Below, one piece after another: positions 54,063 through 58,890 of a DNA stretch of 58,890 bases (position 1 is the first letter of the stretch; every line of letters begins with the position of its first letter). The notes under the pieces are model-generated. The model saw only the letters and a program-made list of their open reading frames with translations, searched no databases and was not told the DNA's origin. The stretch is from Octopus bimaculoides (taxonomy: Eukaryota), in assembly GCF_001194135.2 (NCBI RefSeq), contig NC_068990.1:22928020-22986909 (forward strand). The letters are read 5' to 3'. The translations under genes and the position numbers were made by a program.

Positions 54063-54590
54063 GGAGCCGGAGTCGGTAAAACTATACAGACTCCAACGTT
54101 GATTGAAAATATTGTGTCCACCAGGAGTTTGTAGTGTTTGTCAAATCACAACAAGGACCTCAGACAGACAGTGCTTTACGCAATATATGTGCAGTTCTAA
54201 GTAATGCCGACTTTTGCAATACATCTAGATTATAGGGTTCCTCTAAGGTTTTCAGATATTTTCTCAGATTGGGTGGGACTGAACCAAATGCTCCGATGAT
54301 AATAAGGATAACCTTTATGTCTGACTCTCGTAACTGCCACATCTTAGCGATCTCAATTCTCAGACCTCCATATTTATCAACCTTTTCTCTTTCTTTCATG
54401 ATGATGTGTTGATCTCCTGGCACTGCTATGTCGATTATTAGGCACTCTTATTTGTCCCTCCTAAAGGCTAACATATTCGGCCTTCGGCGCTTCAACACTT
54501 TGTCTGTCTGGAAATCAAAGTCCCAGAGGATTTTTGCCTTCCCCTTTTCGTCCATTACCTTTTCCGGTGTGTATGTTGGTACCAAGCACC
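54063..54590 (-). mobile_element. Restriction-like endonuclease (RLE) non-LTR retrotransposon 3' fragment, R4/Dong/Rex6-like
   Basis: WYQHT/PEKVMDEKGKAKILWDFDFQTDKVLKRRRPNMLAFRRDK*ECLIIDIAVPGDQHIIMKEREKVDKYGGLRIEIAKMWQL...IIIGAFGSVP...LQKSALLRTAHILRKAL. Classic RLE C-terminus, with RRPD changed to RRPN, one stop and one frameshift. Confidence 0.85.
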
Positions 54591-54786
54591 CATAACCTCA
54601 TATCCAGTGGAGGTTTGGGGCTACTTTGCCTTGTCCATCAACAACTTTCAGACCATGGGCCTATAGTAGGAATGGATTATTGTCATCGCCATCATGATTT
54701 ACTGTCGTCGCTGTTATCAATTTTTTCCATTTTAACTCAACCGACAATTAGTCATTCACAGCACCAAGATTAATTCTAATGAGAGA

Positions 54787-54823
<37 letters not shown>

Positions 54824-55624
54824 CCAGACAGAAAAACATACAATATTGGTTTGTTTTCAAATGAAATATTTTAAAAGGTTCAAATCAATTAATACAAGAA
54901 CCTACAAGCTATGTTGTTGCCAATCTGTCTTTTTATCAAAAAATTTAAATAGAGTTTAAATTTTTGTAAAAAAAAAAATTTTTTTTTTTTAAATAAAAAA
55001 GCACCAATTTTAATCCCTCACCCCTCTTCTCTTCTCATCACAGTTTCATCCGCATAGTAAAGTATTAGTTGCATTTTTTTTTTATGTGTGTTTTTTGTCT
55101 TTTTTTTCTCTGTAGAACAATCTTAAAAGGTATTCAATGTATTGTAGTTATTGGCGACTGCAAACATCATATCAGTGGTGGTGGTCATGGAGGCGGGGAT
55201 TGTTGCTGTTAGTGGTAGGAGATTAAGCGTAAGCATGCATGCACACACACATACATACAGATGGATACACACATACACACAAAGGCAAACACACTCAAAC
55301 ACAAAGCTAGGCAGACACCCACACAGAGATAGACACACACACACACAAAGAAAGACACACACGCATACATAGACAGACAGACATACACACCAAGACAAAC
55401 AGACGCACACAAAGATAGACAGTCAGGCACACATAGACAGACAGACATACACACTAAGACGGACAGACAGACACACACACACAAAGATAGATACACGCAC
55501 GCACGCACACACACACACACTCATGCACAGCCACGTGCATACACACAGAAAGGTAGACATACACGTGCCCACACACAAACGTGAAACCACACACACTCAC
55601 GGATAGACAGACAAGCGCACACGC

Positions 55625-55660
<36 letters not shown>

Positions 55661-56104
55661 AGACACACAAACACATATACACAGTCAGACAGACAGATAC
55701 ACACACACAGACACACACACACAGGTAGACAGACAGACACACACACACACACAGAGGTAGATAGACAGACAGACAGACACAGAGATAGACACATTCTGAG
55801 AGGTTTCAATACCCCCGTCACCACCACCTCTTTAAACTTCCACCCCCNNNNNNNNNNNNNNNNNNNNNNNNNNNNNNNNNNNNNNNNNNNNNNNNNNNNN
55901 NNNNNNNNNNNNNNNNNNNNNNNNNNNNNNNNNNNNNNNNNNNNNNNNNNNNNNNNNNNNNNNNNNNNNNNNNNNNNNNNACGATAATACAATGGCAATA
56001 ATAGTTATGAGGCAAAGAAAACCGACTAGAGAAGTAAAAAAGAAAAAAGACAAAAAGTAGAAACAAAAATGACAATAATAACAATGATGATAATAATAAT
56101 AATT

Positions 56105-56135
<31 letters not shown>

Positions 56136-57447
56136 AATAAAGAAAGAAATAAAGAAATCGTGTGACTATCTATCTTAGTTTTGCATTGTCTCAGTTGCTT
56201 TCTCGTCTTCAAATTGAAAAAGGTCATTACATCTAAGTGACAAATAACTTATTGGCAGGTTTCTCGTTCAATGTAGAATGATGTCAGCAAAAATACTGCT
56301 GGCTTCTGTGTCAGCTATTCATTGCCGAGTCTTGGTAACAAGTGTGACACAGACAAACACACACATACGCCACGCACGCATACAGATATACACGTGCACA
56401 TGCACGCATGCATGCACACATATGCGAGCGGGCGCACATTAGAGACAAACACAAACATCTTAATTAGACATTCTAATCTGAATTATTTATACAGAGGACG
56501 TGTGTGTGTGTGAGTGAGTAGTCGAGAGAATTAATGAGAGTCGAGGGTGAAGCGGGATGAAAAAGGCAGATGTATGATGAGGGATGAATGGATGAATGGA
56601 TGGATGGATGGATGGAGATAGGGCTGGAAGAGGGGACCGGGCAGGGGTGGTGAGGGTGGTGGTGAAGAAACCACAACAACTGAACGACAATGGTGGACAA
56701 AGTTTTAATCGAAACGAAAGCGCGATTTCAACTGAATTCCTTTCCAGGAGCACGAAAAGTGCTGCCGATACTGCAAGTGTCGAGAACAATAGACTAAGCT
56801 GATTAATAGAGCAAAGATAAAAATCCACTGCAAGCACACACACACACACACACGCACACGTGTGCACACATGCGTGCGTATACGCACTTTCTAGTATTGG
56901 CATATAATGACAAAATAAGCAAGTTCTATCATTGCATTTAGTCACTACTTATCAGTTGGGAGGTCAGTATCTCGTTTGGATTGCCCCTCGAGCTATTGAG
57001 ATAACCGAGAGACGTAAGTCTCAGGAACAGCAATAGAGAACAGTGTTTTAAAATCACATCACCCCCCCACCACCAACGCCAGCCCCACACCCTCCCTCGC
57101 TTCAACGACACCCACCTGCCGTCACCGCCATAGCCGTCGCCAGTCTTTCACTGCACACCTCGCGATACTACGCCATGCCACACCACACCGAACTGCAGCA
57201 CGCCGAGCCAAGCCATACCCAGCCTCATAGGCTCTTTATCCTCGACAAAACAGACATAGGCACAATGGCCTGTGTAATTAGCAGATAAAGGTGCCAGAGC
57301 CAACGGCAAGTGATACAGGCAAGATATATATTATTTCAGTTGGTTTTGTGTTGGAGATAAAGTCCAGACAAACACCCTCGCACACAACGCACACACACAC
57401 AAACACCAACACAGACATGCATGCACAAACAAACACACACGCACAAA

Positions 57448-57487
<40 letters not shown>

Positions 57488-57935
57488 CGACACCATCGCC
57501 CCTGCTGGTGTTTTGCAAGAACAGAGAAGCCATAAGAACCCAGTAAAAATAGCTAAGCTGTCCATTAGAAAACAACAGCCAGGGAAGAAACGAAATAAAG
57601 AGCCGGAATTGAATAAAAGCTTCGGAGAAATAAACAGCCTGAAATTCTATACAGCAGAGATTGATGGATGAATATCCCAAAAACATTCAGCTTCTAAAAG
57701 AAGAATAGAAATACCAGATTTTTTCAAAAAACACATACACAAACAACCATGAAAGATTCAATATCTATTTCTCCTTATTATTATTCTTATTCTCTTTCCT
57801 CCTCTTGTATTTTGTATTCCTTTTTATTTCGCTTTTTGTTGTTATTGTTTAACTTTTACCTTTGTTTGTTTTGTTTTTTTTTGTTTTTTTTTTTGAAAAA
57901 GGTTCTTTTATTTAAAAGGAGTTTCTATATAAGAG

Positions 57936-58125
57936 AGAGAGAGAGGAGAAAGAGAGAGAGGAGAAAGAGAGAGAGGAGAAAGAGAGAGAGGAGAACGAGA
58001 GAGAGGAGAAAGAGAGAGAGGAGAAAGAGAGAGAGGAGAAAGAGAGAGAGGAGAAAGAGAGAGAGGAGAAAGAGAGAGAGGAGAAAGAGAGAGAGGAGAA
58101 AGAGAGAGAGGAGAAAGAGAGAGAG
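57936..58125. repeat. 15-bp purine-only tandem repeat (AGAGAGAGAGGAGAA), about 12.5 copies
   Basis: Read directly from the sequence; a single A>C variant at 57996. Confidence 0.95.
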
Positions 58126-58401
58126 AATTTAGGTTAATAATATTGTAGTGAATAACAGACAGGAAAAATAAATAATTCTTAACACTATGAAGAATACTGT
58201 ATATAAAGGGAAAAGTTCTCCGATTCCACACACATATACCACCCACCCACCCACCAAATGGTTGAGAGTTTTGCTATTATGTTTGGAAAAACTGAACGGC
58301 TACATTAGAGAATTATTCATTATTATTATTATTATCATTATCTATTATCATTATCATCATTTATTACTATTATTATTATCATTCTCATTATTATTATCAT
58401 T

Positions 58402-58436
<35 letters not shown>

Positions 58437-58795
58437 CATCATTATTGTTGTTATTATTTGTTTATTTTCTGTTATAATAGATTTCACAATTTCCGGGATT
58501 GTATTTCACTGAAATTTGAATCTTTTCACTATCTTTCAGTTAATGAAAGCAGACTTACGAACCAGTCATTATCTTCATCCAAATAGCCATGGGCCGATTC
58601 CTTCATGAATAGGGCAATGACAATAACAAACATAATAACTGTGATAATATTGATAATAACAAACAATGTAGATATGTTTGCTTTCCCAAACAATTACGAT
58701 TTTGCTTTTACTAAAAAGTAACTTAACAATTTGTATTTTTTGGTGGGGTTTCATTTTGACTTTTCCATTTCTTTTTTTACATATTTTCTCGGTTG

Positions 58796-58831
<36 letters not shown>

Positions 58832-58890
58832 ACACACACACATACACACACACACACATACACACACACACACATACACACACACACACA

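Noticed and set aside
57749-58246. ERRKR-repeat and LSPLS-repeat ORFs
   Set aside because: Direct consequence of the 15-bp tandem repeat.

Overview
AT-rich, gap-riddled animal genomic DNA full of (TA)n/(CA)n/(GA)n/(AAT)n microsatellites and tRNA-derived SINEs. The repeat landscape looks like an octopus draft assembly (inference). The only recognisable host gene is UDP-glucose:glycoprotein glucosyltransferase (UGGT) on the minus strand. Four GT-AG exons (42949-43021, 13268-13371, 12312-12368, 10968-11199) splice in frame to the catalytic GT24 domain: [155 protein letters not shown]. The preceding and final exons were not found, so the whole window is probably intragenic. The introns hold an 18S rRNA fragment, two RTE-type LINE relics (one with a PHD finger inside the RT), an R4-type endonuclease relic, a Helitron helicase relic, an Hsmar1-like mariner relic, several MITEs/foldbacks and about five SINE families. 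The most interesting signal is a polypyrimidine-CAG|GTGAGT site (junction 24499/24500) in the middle of the 29.6-kb UGGT intron, on the gene's strand: a candidate recursive splice site. Nearly all ORFs in the supplied track are microsatellite or N-gap artefacts.
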